This document shows, one piece after another, positions 37,399 to 47,331 of a stretch of 64,000 nt of DNA. The translations under genes and the position numbers were made by a program. Below the pieces are notes generated by a model. That model saw only the letters and a program-made list of their open reading frames with translations, searched no databases and was not told the DNA's origin. This DNA is from an uncultured bacterium (GTDB lineage: Bacteria > Patescibacteriota > Minisyncoccia > UBA6257 > 2-01-FULL-56-20): assembly GCA_963718575.1 (NCBI GenBank), contig OY970358.1, positions 322,172 through 386,171 of the forward strand, written 5' to 3'. Position 1 is the first letter of the stretch. Every line of letters begins with the position of its first letter.

Positions 37399-39660
37399 AT
37401 GGATCTCATCATCGTCGAATCCCCCACCAAGGCAAAGACCATCGGCAAATTTGTCGGCAAAGGGTTTGCCGTCGAGTCGTCATACGGCCACATCCGCGAT
37501 CTTCCCAAGAGCAAGATCGGTATTGACGTCGCCCACGATTTTGCGCCGAGCTACATGATTCCCAAGAAGGCGGAGCCTGTCGTCGCCAATTTAAAGGCGC
37601 TCGCAAAGAAGGCGGACCGCGTCATTCTCGCGACTGACGAGGACCGCGAAGGAGAAGCGATCGCGTGGCACCTCGTGAACGCGCTCGGGCTTGATGAAAA
37701 AAAGACCGCACGACCGTACGAGCGCATCGCATTCCATGAGATCACAAAGAACGCGATCATGGAGGCGCTCGAACATCCGCGCGCGCTCGACGTCAATCTC
37801 GTGGATGCCCAGCAGGCCCGCCGGGTGCTCGACCGCCTCGTCGGCTACGAGCTCTCGCCATTCTTATGGCGCAAGATCCGGTATGGACTTTCAGCGGGGC
37901 GCGTACAAAGCGTGGCGGTGCGGCTCGTCGTAGAACGCGAGCGGCTGATCCAGGCATTTAATAAGGAGGAATACTGGACGATCGAGGCGTCATTTTTGCC
38001 GCCTAAAGGAAAGACCGCATTCCCTGCAGTGCTCAATTCTATCAATGGCAAAGCGGTCGGAAAGATGGGCATCAAAAATGCCGCCGGAGCGGTCTCTATT
38101 ATAGAGGGGCTAAAAAGCGCCGACTATCACGTTTCGGCTATCGCAGTGAAGGAAGTCCGCCGGAATCCGTCGGCGCCATTCACGACCTCCACGCTCCAGC
38201 AGGAAGCGGCGCGCAAGCTCGGCTTCAGTGCAAAACAGACGATGATGATTGCCCAGCATCTCTATGAGAACGGGCACATCACCTATATGAGGACCGACAG
38301 CACAAACCTTGCGGCATCCGCGCTCGCAACGGCACATGCCGTGATCGGGAAAGAATTCGGAAAAGAATATCAACTCCCCGCTCCGCGCATCTATTCCACC
38401 AAGAGCAAGGGCGCGCAGGAGGCGCACGAGGCGATCCGCCCCGCGAACATCGAGATGATCCCCGGCGTCGGCTCCGGCTTGAAAGATCGCGGCGAGATCC
38501 GTTTGTATGATCTTATCTGGAAACGCACGATCGCATCACAGATGAAGGAGGCCGTACTCGAACAAACGTCCGTGGACGTCGAAGCGAACACGCCGCGTCG
38601 GGAGATATTCCGCGCGAACGGCCAGACCGTCGTCTTCGACGGATTCATCCGTGTCTACACCGAAGGAAAAGATGACGATGTAAGCGATGAAATCGAGGGC
38701 GGCTTGCCAAAACTCGAGAAAGAAATGGCACTCACGCTCGCCGACCTGAAGAGCGAGGCCGACGACGACGGCAAAGAAAACCCCGCGGGCGTTCAGCACT
38801 TCACCGAACCTCCGGCGCGCTATACCGACGCGACGCTCGTAAAAGCGCTCGAGGCGGAAGGGGTGGGCCGTCCGTCGACGTATGCACCAACCCTCTCGAC
38901 CATCCAGGAGCGCGGGTACGTGGAAAAAGTTGATAAAAAATACGCACCAACGGAGATCGGGACGCTCGTGAACGACCTCCTCGTGGAAAATTTTCCGGAG
39001 ATCGTGGACATTAAATTCACTTCGCACATCGAAGAAGAGTTCGATGACATCGCCGACGGCAAAATAAAATGGACGGAGGTGTGCCGTGAATTCTACGGCC
39101 CGTTCAAAAAAAATCTTGCAGAGAAGGAGGCAAGCGTGGAAAAACAGGTGGAAGTGTCCACTACGCCGTGCCCGCACTGCGGAAAGCCGATGCTCATCAA
39201 ATTCGGCCGCATGGGAAAATTCCTTGCCTGCCCGGAACCGGGCGTGAAGGTCACGCTCCCGATGCCGGAAGAAGCGGCGCAGATCAAAGCGCTCGAGGAG
39301 AAAACGAAGGACGAACGCTGCCCGATCTGCGGAAAACCGATGAAGGTGACGCGCGGCCGCTTCGGCTTCTTCCTCGGTTGCACCGATTATCCGAAGTGCA
39401 AGGGCATCATGAAGATCTGGAACAAGACCGGATTCAAATGCCCGAACTGCCTTGCATCGCCTGATCGCCGCGACAAGCCCGGTGACATCGTGGAGAAGAA
39501 ATCGCGCGGGCGCGGAAAACCGTTCTTCGCCTGCACGCGCTATCCCGACTGCACGTTCGTGATGAATAAAAAACCGGAGTCGGAAGAAGAACTCCGGGCG
39601 GCGCTCAATTATTGGATCGAAAATCCGCCAAAACCAAAAGCGGCAAAGAAGAAAGAATAG
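37399..39660 (+). CDS. topA: DNA topoisomerase I
   Basis: IVESPTKAKTI, ATDEDREGE, SAGRVQS, ITYMRTDS, C-terminal zinc ribbons. Confidence 0.98.
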   Translation: MDLIIVESPTKAKTIGKFVGKGFAVESSYGHIRDLPKSKIGIDVAHDFAPSYMIPKKAEPVVANLKALAKKADRVILATDEDREGEAIAWHLVNALGLDEKKTARPYERIAFHEITKNAIMEALEHPRALDVNLVDAQQARRVLDRLVGYELSPFLWRKIRYGLSAGRVQSVAVRLVVERERLIQAFNKEEYWTIEASFLPPKGKTAFPAVLNSINGKAVGKMGIKNAAGAVSIIEGLKSADYHVSAIAVKEVRRNPSAPFTTSTLQQEAARKLGFSAKQTMMIAQHLYENGHITYMRTDSTNLAASALATAHAVIGKEFGKEYQLPAPRIYSTKSKGAQEAHEAIRPANIEMIPGVGSGLKDRGEIRLYDLIWKRTIASQMKEAVLEQTSVDVEANTPRREIFRANGQTVVFDGFIRVYTEGKDDDVSDEIEGGLPKLEKEMALTLADLKSEADDDGKENPAGVQHFTEPPARYTDATLVKALEAEGVGRPSTYAPTLSTIQERGYVEKVDKKYAPTEIGTLVNDLLVENFPEIVDIKFTSHIEEEFDDIADGKIKWTEVCREFYGPFKKNLAEKEASVEKQVEVSTTPCPHCGKPMLIKFGRMGKFLACPEPGVKVTLPMPEEAAQIKALEEKTKDERCPICGKPMKVTRGRFGFFLGCTDYPKCKGIMKIWNKTGFKCPNCLASPDRRDKPGDIVEKKSRGRGKPFFACTRYPDCTFVMNKKPESEEELRAALNYWIENPPKPKAAKKKE

Positions 39661-39706
39661 CCCGGAGCTGGCGATGCTATACTAAAGGGACATCCATAGC
39701 AACGTC

Positions 39707-40930
39707 ATGAAAAAAGGATTTACGCTCGTTGAGATTCTTATCGCCGTTGCGATCATCTCGATCCTCGGGGTGGTCGTCATCCTCACCATCAATCCCGCCG
39801 AATTGCTCCGGCAGGGACGTGATGTCACGCGCATATCCGACATGAGCACACTCAACAAGGCGATATCGCTCTATTACCAGGATGCCATGAGTAATCCGAA
39901 CACTCTTTTCATGGGGACGTCGTCCGTGATCTACGTCTCGGTTCCCGATCCCTCTGCGACCTCCACCGCCGGAGATCAATGCCAGGGGCTCGGACTCCCC
40001 TCCCTTGCCTCCTCCACTCTTTCCTACCATTGCGCTGAAACTTCCACCTATACGAGGACCGATGGCACCGGATGGATCCCTATCAATTTCAACTCTTATC
40101 TATCAGGACAGGGCGGATCGGTGATCTCAAAAATTCCCGTCGATCCAACGAACGCCACCTCCACGAATTTCTACTATACCTATGAAACCGACGGACTAGC
40201 AGGATACAAAGTCACCTCGTTCCTTGAATCCCAAAAATATGCATCGCAGATGGCAAACGACAGCGGGGACGATCCGGAGCTTTATGAAAAAGGCACCAAC
40301 CTCCTACTCGCATCAGGGCGAGGCCTCGTCGCTTATTGGCCCGTGGACGAGGGAACGGGAAGCTCGACCATCGATTATTCCGGCAACAATGCCACGGGGA
40401 CATGGCACGGCACCGCGGCAGGGACCAGCGGCTACTACTCTGCCGGCAAGGTGTGGTCATGGGCAGGGTTTTTCAATGGGAGCAACGATTATGCCCTCAC
40501 TGCCAGCAATATAAATGTCGGGAGTTCGTTTTCCATTGTGGCGTGGGTCAACCCGAGCGCCAGCACGACCGTCGATGCCCGTATCGTTGAGAGCAATTAC
40601 TCAACGGGGTTCTATCTTGGGAGCGGCGCGCTTGCCACTGAATATCAAATCATTGTGGATGGAACTGGTTGTAATGGCGGGATACTGACCACGGGGACAT
40701 GGCAGCAAGTGGTGGGAGTCTATAATGGTTCGGTTGAATCCCTCTATGTGAACGGCGTCTTGGCTAATAGCTGCAGCGCTCCTACGCCGACGAGCACGCT
40801 CCCCGTCTATATCGGGATCGAACACGGCGGCGTGGGTGGCCCCTGGAAGGGTTCCATTAGCGATGTTCGAATCTACAACACCGCCCTCCCGGCGACGGAG
40901 ATCCAGGAAATGTATAACGCCACAAAATGA
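39707..40930 (+). CDS. Type IV pilin fused to a C-terminal LamG/concanavalin-like domain
   Basis: KKG|FTLVE, NPAELLRQ, then GLVAYW..DEG.G, WQQVVGVY, LYVNG, G.ISDVRIYNTAL. Confidence 0.9.
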   Translation: MKKGFTLVEILIAVAIISILGVVVILTINPAELLRQGRDVTRISDMSTLNKAISLYYQDAMSNPNTLFMGTSSVIYVSVPDPSATSTAGDQCQGLGLPSLASSTLSYHCAETSTYTRTDGTGWIPINFNSYLSGQGGSVISKIPVDPTNATSTNFYYTYETDGLAGYKVTSFLESQKYASQMANDSGDDPELYEKGTNLLLASGRGLVAYWPVDEGTGSSTIDYSGNNATGTWHGTAAGTSGYYSAGKVWSWAGFFNGSNDYALTASNINVGSSFSIVAWVNPSASTTVDARIVESNYSTGFYLGSGALATEYQIIVDGTGCNGGILTTGTWQQVVGVYNGSVESLYVNGVLANSCSAPTPTSTLPVYIGIEHGGVGGPWKGSISDVRIYNTALPATEIQEMYNATK

Positions 40931-40940
40931 TCCTCTCTTG

Positions 40941-42698
40941 ATGACCATTAAAGAGATCATTAAAAAAAGACCGGACGGTTTGATCGCGCGCGCATACGCA
41001 TTCGCGGAAAAGGCGCATGCCGGCCAAAAACGGAAAAGCGGCGAACCATATTTTAACCATCCGCTCGCCACGGGGGAAGTCCTCCAATCCTGGCACTTGG
41101 ACGACGCGACCATCGCCGCAGGCATCCTGCACGATACCGTGGAAGACACGGGCGTGCCGCTCGATACCATAGAAAAAGAATTTGGTCCGGAGGTGGCGTT
41201 CCTTGTGGACGGAGTCACCAAACTCGGACACATCAAGTATCGCGAAGCGCCCGGCGCGACCGACGGCAAGACCTTCTCTAAAAAAGGCACAGTAAAACAA
41301 ACCGCCGAAGAGAATAAAGCGGAAAACCTCCGCAAGATGGTGCTCGCGCTCAGCCAGGACCTGCGCGTGGTATTCATCAAGCTCGCCGACCGTCTGCACA
41401 ATATGCAGACGCTCTCTTCTTTGCCGCCCGCAAAACAAAAACGGATCGCGCTCGAGACGGACGAGATCTATGCCTCGCTCGCCTATCGTCTTGGCATGCA
41501 CAACGTGAGCGGCGAACTCCAGGACCTCGCATTCCCCTATCTCCATCCGCGCGAGTACGAATGGCTGCTCTCCATCGCAAAGGAACGATTTGCCGAACGC
41601 GAAAAATATCTGGAAAAGATAAAACCGCAGGTAAAAAAAGTGCTCGAAGACCATGACATCAAGCCGCTCGACATCGAGATCCGCGCAAAGCGCTACAGCA
41701 GCCTGTATAAAAAATTATTGAAGCGCGATATGGACATCGAGCGCGTGCACGATCTCGTGGCGATGCGCATCATCGTCGCCACGATGCCCGAGTGCTACGC
41801 CGCGCTCGGCGTGATCCACGAGGCGTGGCCGCCGCTTCCGCGCCGCATCAAGGATTACATCGCCATGCCGAAGCCGAACGCGTACCGCAGTCTGCACACG
41901 ACCGTCATCGGCCCGGACGGCAAGCGCGTGGAAATCCAGATCCGCACGCAGGAGATGCACGATGAGAACGAATACGGAGTTGCGGCCCACTGGCTCTATA
42001 AACAGAAACAGGGCGGCGTGAATGTTTCCGGAAAGAAATTGGCGCAGGAGATCGCATGGGTGCAACAGCTCAAGAACTGGCAGGAACATTTTGGGGGCAA
42101 CGCCGAAGACCCGGAGGAATTCGTCCGTGCAATGAAAATTGATTTCTTCACCGACCGGATCTTTGCCGTCACGCCGCGCGGCGACGTGATCGACCTCCCC
42201 GTCGGTTCCACCCCGATCGATTTCGCCTATCATGTGCATTCCGAGGTGGGCAACTCGGCGACGGGGGCGAAAGTGAACGGGGTCATGAGCACGCTCGATC
42301 ACGTTTTAAAATCCGGCGACGTCGTCGAAATCATCACGCAAAAAGGAAAGAAGCCGTCCGAGGACTGGCTTCGCTTTGCAAAGACGACGATCGCCCGCGA
42401 TCATATCCGCATGGCCCTCCGGAAGAAAGGAGTGTTCGCCCGCGCGCTCAGTCTGCCCACGCACGCAGAACTCCGGCTGACCGTCGAGGACCGCGTCGGC
42501 CTTATCAAGGACATCTCCGGTTCGATCGCGGAATCACATATCGGCATCATGAGCTTCCACACCGAACCGTCTCCGGGGAAACGATTTCACCTCAATAAAG
42601 TGGACATCAACTCGACCGACAAAAAGAAGATCGATAAATTGATCGAAAAGTTGCGGAAAGTGAAAGGAGTGAAAGACCTTGGCTATCGGTTGATCTAG
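40941..42698 (+). CDS. rel: Bifunctional (p)ppGpp synthetase/hydrolase (RelA/SpoT)
   Basis: HAGQKRKSGEPY..HP, LHDTVED, RIKDYIA.PKPN.YRSLHT, EIQIRT, TGS and ACT domains. Confidence 0.95.
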   Translation: MTIKEIIKKRPDGLIARAYAFAEKAHAGQKRKSGEPYFNHPLATGEVLQSWHLDDATIAAGILHDTVEDTGVPLDTIEKEFGPEVAFLVDGVTKLGHIKYREAPGATDGKTFSKKGTVKQTAEENKAENLRKMVLALSQDLRVVFIKLADRLHNMQTLSSLPPAKQKRIALETDEIYASLAYRLGMHNVSGELQDLAFPYLHPREYEWLLSIAKERFAEREKYLEKIKPQVKKVLEDHDIKPLDIEIRAKRYSSLYKKLLKRDMDIERVHDLVAMRIIVATMPECYAALGVIHEAWPPLPRRIKDYIAMPKPNAYRSLHTTVIGPDGKRVEIQIRTQEMHDENEYGVAAHWLYKQKQGGVNVSGKKLAQEIAWVQQLKNWQEHFGGNAEDPEEFVRAMKIDFFTDRIFAVTPRGDVIDLPVGSTPIDFAYHVHSEVGNSATGAKVNGVMSTLDHVLKSGDVVEIITQKGKKPSEDWLRFAKTTIARDHIRMALRKKGVFARALSLPTHAELRLTVEDRVGLIKDISGSIAESHIGIMSFHTEPSPGKRFHLNKVDINSTDKKKIDKLIEKLRKVKGVKDLGYRLI

Positions 42699-43864
42699 AA
42701 GCGCCCCATCCCTCCTTCGTTCTTTAATTTTTCAAGAATATTCTTAAGCTCCTCTTCGGAGAAGAAGGTGATGGTGATCTTTCCGTTGTTCGCATTCTTG
42801 CTAATCTCCACGGGCGCGCCAAGCGATGAGCTCAGTTCATCCTGCATGGCCTTCACTTCCGGAGCGAGGTGGACCTGTTGCAGCGGCGGACGGCCGCGGC
42901 GCCGTGCGGCGTCCACTCCCCCGCCCGCAACGCCCGCGGCGCGCTGGATGCGCTCTTTCACATCGCGCGTGGTGAGCTTGTTCTGAATGATATCTTCGAG
43001 CATCGCCTTCTGCGCGACCGGATCTTCGATCGCGATCAAAAGCCGCGCGTTGCTTTCCGAAAGCTGGCCGTCTTCCACCGCGCGCTGTACGTATTCCGGA
43101 AGGTCGAGAAGGCGCACCGCGTTCGCCACCACTTCGCGGCTTTTGCCGAGCTTGGCCGCGATCTCGCGCTGGGTCATGCGGAATTCTTCCTGCAGGCGCT
43201 GGAACGCGCGCGCCATTTCGATGGGGTTCAGATTTTCTCTCTGAATGTTCTCGATGACGCCCAGCTCCAATTTTTCGCGTTCCAAATTGATGTTGCGGAC
43301 GATCGCAGGAACACGCGGCAATCCGAGCAACTTCGCCGCCATGAAACGCCGCTCACCGGCGATGATCTGATATTCCACCGCGATGCCGGTCGCCGTTTCT
43401 TTCTCCACTTTCGAAACCACAAGCGGCTGAAGGAAGCCGAACTCTCGTATCGAACTCGCAAGCTCATGCAATGCGTCCTGGTCGAAATGCCTGCGCGGCT
43501 GGTCCGGATTCGGCGTGATCTTTTCGATCTCGATGTGATAGATGGATTCCTGCGCGAGGTCGTCGCGCTTTTGCGGCTGCACTGCCGGCTGAACCGGCTG
43601 CGCGACCGGCTGAGGCCGTTGCTCCATTCTTATCGGCTCCGATTGTCGATCCGGCAATTGCGTCACGGGTTGCACCGGCGGAACAAAGCTCGGACGAGGC
43701 TGCGGCTGGGAATGAACAGGCTGTATTGGCGAAGAAGCTGGCTGATACTGCGCTGGCGGCTGTGACAGCGGCCGCTCCCCCGGCGGGCGCGTGTTGTTAT
43801 CATCGGCGCCGCGGCCCTGAGTATTATTCTTTGGTATCAACGATTCGAGTCCTTTGCCTAACAT
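42695..43864 (-). CDS. parB: ParB/Spo0J partition protein with Pro/Gln linker
   Basis: LGKGLESLI, PNPDQPR, IIAGERR, ENIQRENL, HTH. Confidence 0.95.
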   Translation of the reverse strand: MLGKGLESLIPKNNTQGRGADDNNTRPPGERPLSQPPAQYQPASSPIQPVHSQPQPRPSFVPPVQPVTQLPDRQSEPIRMEQRPQPVAQPVQPAVQPQKRDDLAQESIYHIEIEKITPNPDQPRRHFDQDALHELASSIREFGFLQPLVVSKVEKETATGIAVEYQIIAGERRFMAAKLLGLPRVPAIVRNINLEREKLELGVIENIQRENLNPIEMARAFQRLQEEFRMTQREIAAKLGKSREVVANAVRLLDLPEYVQRAVEDGQLSESNARLLIAIEDPVAQKAMLEDIIQNKLTTRDVKERIQRAAGVAGGGVDAARRRGRPPLQQVHLAPEVKAMQDELSSSLGAPVEISKNANNGKITITFFSEEELKNILEKLKNEGGMGRF

Positions 43865-43879
43865 GATGGTGCGTAAAAT

Positions 43880-44702
43880 TTAAATATTAAAATTTCCAAA
43901 ATTCTCTGCGGCGACCGGCGTGGCGGCCTCGGCCTGTGCCACCTCTTGTGCGATCACCTCGCGCGCGAGCCGTTCATACGCCTGCGCCCCCGGCGAATCG
44001 GGGCGGTACAAGATGATCGGCTTCGAGAAGCTCGGCGCCTCGGCGAGCGCGACCGCGCGCGGTACCTCCACCTCGAACACATGATGCGGGAAATGCCTCC
44101 GGATATTTTTGGAAACCTCGCGGCTTAAGATGCTCGCGCTTGTCGTACATCGTGATGACCGCACCCGCAATCGAAATCGGATGCGCCAAATTGTCCCTGA
44201 TCAAATTTATCGTCTCGAGCAGCTGACCAATGCCTTCGAGCGAATAATATTCCGTCTGCACCGGAATCAATACCTCATCCGCGGCAACCATGCCGTTCAC
44301 GGTGAGCAGGCTGAGCGACGGCGGAAGATCGATCAAAATATAATCGTAGCCGTGCCGCACGCGGTTCACGAACTTTCGCAAAAAATATTCGCGTTCCGGA
44401 ACATTCACGAGCTCCACGAGCGCGCCCGCCAAGTGCGGCGCCGACGGCACGTAGTGATAATTATAGATGACGCTCGGCTTGATGATCTGCTCCGGCGTCA
44501 GTTGCTCGAGGATGCCGTGATAGACGCTCCCCTCGCCCGCCATCTGGTTGTGACCGAGCGCCGAGCTCGCGTTTGCCTGCGGATCAAAATCAACGAGCAG
44601 CACGCGCTTCCCTGCGGCGGCAAGATACGCGCCGAGATTTACCGCGGTCGTCGTCTTTCCAACGCCTCCCTTTTGATTGCAGATCGCGATGACACGTGCC
44701 AT
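43880..44702 (-). CDS. parA: ParA/Soj ATPase, frameshifted near 44125 (likely assembly indel)
   Basis: NQKGGVGKTT, DFDPQAN, IDLPPSL. C-terminal VPRAVALAEAPS...AY in another frame. Confidence 0.92.
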
Positions 44703-44736
44703 GTTACCTTGATTTTACCTTTATAAATGGCTAATA

Positions 44737-46317
44737 TCAATTGTGCTGAAGGCTCGGGTGGCGAAATGGCAACCGCAGCGGACTCAAAATCCGCCGATCG
44801 CAAGGTCTTGAGGGTTCGACTCCCTCCCCGAGCACCATACAAGAGACAAGGTTAGTTTCAGAAAAATTCAGCCGCGCTTCGCGGAGCGAAGCGTAAGGTG
44901 GAGTGGGGGTAAATTCAATACGACGATTTTTAAGAACTGCGTTCGAGCCGGAAATTTTTTGGGCAAGGGATTTTTTGAGGGTAAGATCGGTCGAAACGGC
45001 AGTTTCGCCAATGTTTGCCGCATCATCTATCCAACCGCGTAGCTGTTCGAGCCACGCTAGATACCCTCGGTTCAGTCCGGCCATTTTCTCCTCCAGCGAC
45101 CTTTTGTGCAGGAGAAGCTTCGCTTTCTCCAAGCGGTAGGCATTCCGCTCAATATCTTGCTCAAGATAGGCATCGAAAAGTCGCTGGAGTTTTTCGGTAA
45201 CGGATGCTATCTCGCTACGGAGGGCTTGGTTCTCGCGTATGGGAGATCGGGCGGCGTCCTGCTCGTCCTTGTCTGCAAGTTTATAGAGTTCGGCCGCCCA
45301 ATCGGATGGCAAGGCAAATTCTTTGAAGATGCTGGAAAGTTGATCAGATAAAACTTCTTCTCTGATATAGGGCTGGGAACACACAACGCCTTTTTTACTG
45401 CAACGATAGTAGGTGCGGCCTTTCTGAAATTCTGCAGTGATCATCCGTCCGCACTCGCCGCACCGAAACAGCCCGCAAAGCGGCTTTGGTTGTTTGGTTT
45501 TTATCTGCGGTTTGCTCCGCTCTTTAAGGACAGCTTGGACTTTATCGAACAGTTGTTTGGAAATTATCGGTTTATGTTTGCCCTCGTATAGTTCTCCGGC
45601 GTAGCGGAACAGGCCGCAGTAAAAAGGGTTGGAGAGAAACCACGTTATCTGATCGCGCTTCCACGCTCTCCCGCCCTCGCTCATCCATCGGTTGCTCGCC
45701 TTGGTTTTAACGCCCTTATCGAAAAGAAATTTAGAAATGTCCTCGAGGCGGGACTGGTTCTTGGAATACAACTCAAACGCCTCGCGGACGATGGCCGCTT
45801 CCTTCTCATCAACAACTATCTGTTTCCTTCGCACATCATTGATATAGCCCAATGGCGCAACGCTCGGATACTCGCCGCGCTTCGCTTTCTCGTGGAGGCC
45901 TCGTTTCGTGTTCGCGGAAAGATCGCGGATATACTGGTTCGCCATCCCAAACTCGACGCCGATCATAAGGACGTTATCGGAAGGATAGTAACTCCGGTCG
46001 CTCGTGAGGATGCGCTTTATGACATCCTGCTGAAGCAACCACTGGACACGGGCGGCATCCATCGGATTACGGGCGAGACGATCCAGTTTCCAGCACAAGA
46101 CACCCTGTGCCTCTCCTTGCTCAATCCGTTGCATCATCCCGTTAAAGACAGAACGGCCGGGCATCTTAGCCGATTGCTTTTCAATGAACTCTCCGATGAT
46201 ATGGAGCTTCTCTTGCCTAGCCAAAGCACGCAAAACGGAAAGCTGGTCTTCGATAGAGCGTACTTGTTTGTCTTCGACATCGGTTGATTTGCGGGCGTAG
46301 AGGAAATAGTTAGGCAT
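44737..46317 (-). CDS. Large serine recombinase (resolvase + recombinase + Zn ribbon), C-terminus read antisense through tRNA-Leu
   Basis: YARKS, SAK..GR, WKLDRLARN, CGECG...YYRC. Confidence 0.92.
   Translation of the reverse strand: MPNYFLYARKSTDVEDKQVRSIEDQLSVLRALARQEKLHIIGEFIEKQSAKMPGRSVFNGMMQRIEQGEAQGVLCWKLDRLARNPMDAARVQWLLQQDVIKRILTSDRSYYPSDNVLMIGVEFGMANQYIRDLSANTKRGLHEKAKRGEYPSVAPLGYINDVRRKQIVVDEKEAAIVREAFELYSKNQSRLEDISKFLFDKGVKTKASNRWMSEGGRAWKRDQITWFLSNPFYCGLFRYAGELYEGKHKPIISKQLFDKVQAVLKERSKPQIKTKQPKPLCGLFRCGECGRMITAEFQKGRTYYRCSKKGVVCSQPYIREEVLSDQLSSIFKEFALPSDWAAELYKLADKDEQDAARSPIRENQALRSEIASVTEKLQRLFDAYLEQDIERNAYRLEKAKLLLHKRSLEEKMAGLNRGYLAWLEQLRGWIDDAANIGETAVSTDLTLKKSLAQKISGSNAVLKNRRIEFTPTPPYASLREARLNFSETNLVSCMVLGEGVEPSRPCDRRILSPLRLPFRHPSLQHN
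44752..44837 (+). tRNA. tRNA-Leu(CAA)
   Basis: GCTCGGGTGGCGAAATGG...CT-CAA-AA, long variable arm, GGTTCGACTCC, CCA end. Confidence 0.95.
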
Positions 46318-46376
46318 AGTATTACATTATATTGTAATACTACCATATAATATAACAAGCGATATACTTGTGGGTA

Positions 46377-46583
46377 ATGAGAAGTGAAGCCTCAAAACTC
46401 GGCGAGAATTTAAAACGTATTAGAACAGCCAAGGGCATAACGCAAGGAGATATAGTCCGCAGGCTAAAAGTGGGGCGAGGATTTATCAGTAATATTGAGA
46501 ACGGAAAAGCCAACCCTACACTGTCGACGATTGCAAAAATAGCAAAAGCAATTGGAGTATCGGTCGGAGAATTGATGAAATAA
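46377..46583 (+). CDS. XRE-family HTH regulator
   Basis: LGENLKRIR..KGITQ, ISNIENGKANPTL.TI.KIA.A. Confidence 0.9.
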   Translation: MRSEASKLGENLKRIRTAKGITQGDIVRRLKVGRGFISNIENGKANPTLSTIAKIAKAIGVSVGELMK

Positions 46584-46591
46584 GTTCTAAA

Positions 46592-46999
46592 ATGACTAAG
46601 AATGGATTTATAAGAATCTGCAATGATAAAGAATTTTGGCGACAGATAAAACAGTCCTCCTATCCAGAGTTCGAGGATTATATTGCCAAACTATTTTTTA
46701 AATTAGGCTACAGATCAGAAGTGGTTGGCGGAGAAAATGACGGCGGCATCGATGTAGTTTTGTCGAAGGATGGCGTCCGATACTATGTTCAATGCAAAAG
46801 GTATAGGGGTGCCAGCGTATCTGCCGCCGAGGTGCGCGAATTTTATGGTGCATTGACGCACTATGGCACTAAGAGTGCGGGCTTCTTTGTTACAACCACC
46901 AAATTTAGCCAACAGGCAGAATCATTTGCCGAGGGGAAGCCAATTATATTGATCGACGGGCAGAAGTTGGTGGAATACGTTAGACGTGTCGAAAAGTGA
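46592..46999 (+). CDS. Mrr-family restriction endonuclease domain protein
   Basis: FE..IA.LF..LGY, DGGID, VQCKRY, V....VREF.G, TT..FS..A, LIDG..L. Confidence 0.88.
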   Translation: MTKNGFIRICNDKEFWRQIKQSSYPEFEDYIAKLFFKLGYRSEVVGGENDGGIDVVLSKDGVRYYVQCKRYRGASVSAAEVREFYGALTHYGTKSAGFFVTTTKFSQQAESFAEGKPIILIDGQKLVEYVRRVEK

Positions 47000-47331
47000 G
47001 CCACTACCACCTCTTAGCGCGCCCCAAAGGAGGGGTTGGGGGAGGAATTTGGGCGCGCCATACGCGAAGCCCCGAAGCCAGCAGGCTGAGGGGCTGAGCA
47101 CACCATCTCGGAGGGGGTCTAGCGGAGTGAAGTAGGACTTGTGATTTTCGGAGACGACCCTCAAAAAGATCAACAATATCAGGTCAATCCGGACTTGCCA
47201 CCCCTTCATTCCGAGCATACCCGAGTGAAGGGGTGAATGAAGGGGTAAACAGGTAGCCAATGTAGGGGTAAAATGGTTAGGTCTGACCCTCGAAGAACCC
47301 TCGAGCGGAGGTATATAACGCCACCACACTT

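Larger units (their letters stand above)
44838..47330. mobile_element. Mini genomic island at tRNA-Leu(CAA): serine recombinase, XRE regulator, Mrr-like nuclease
   Basis: Recombinase abuts the tRNA 3' end, cargo is AT-richer, housekeeping resumes at ilvE. Right boundary approximate. Confidence 0.65.

Noticed and set aside
44639-44842. Short ORFs antisense to tRNAs (also 49240-49443 and 49696-50151)
   Set aside because: Shadow translations of tRNA genes and of rbfA.
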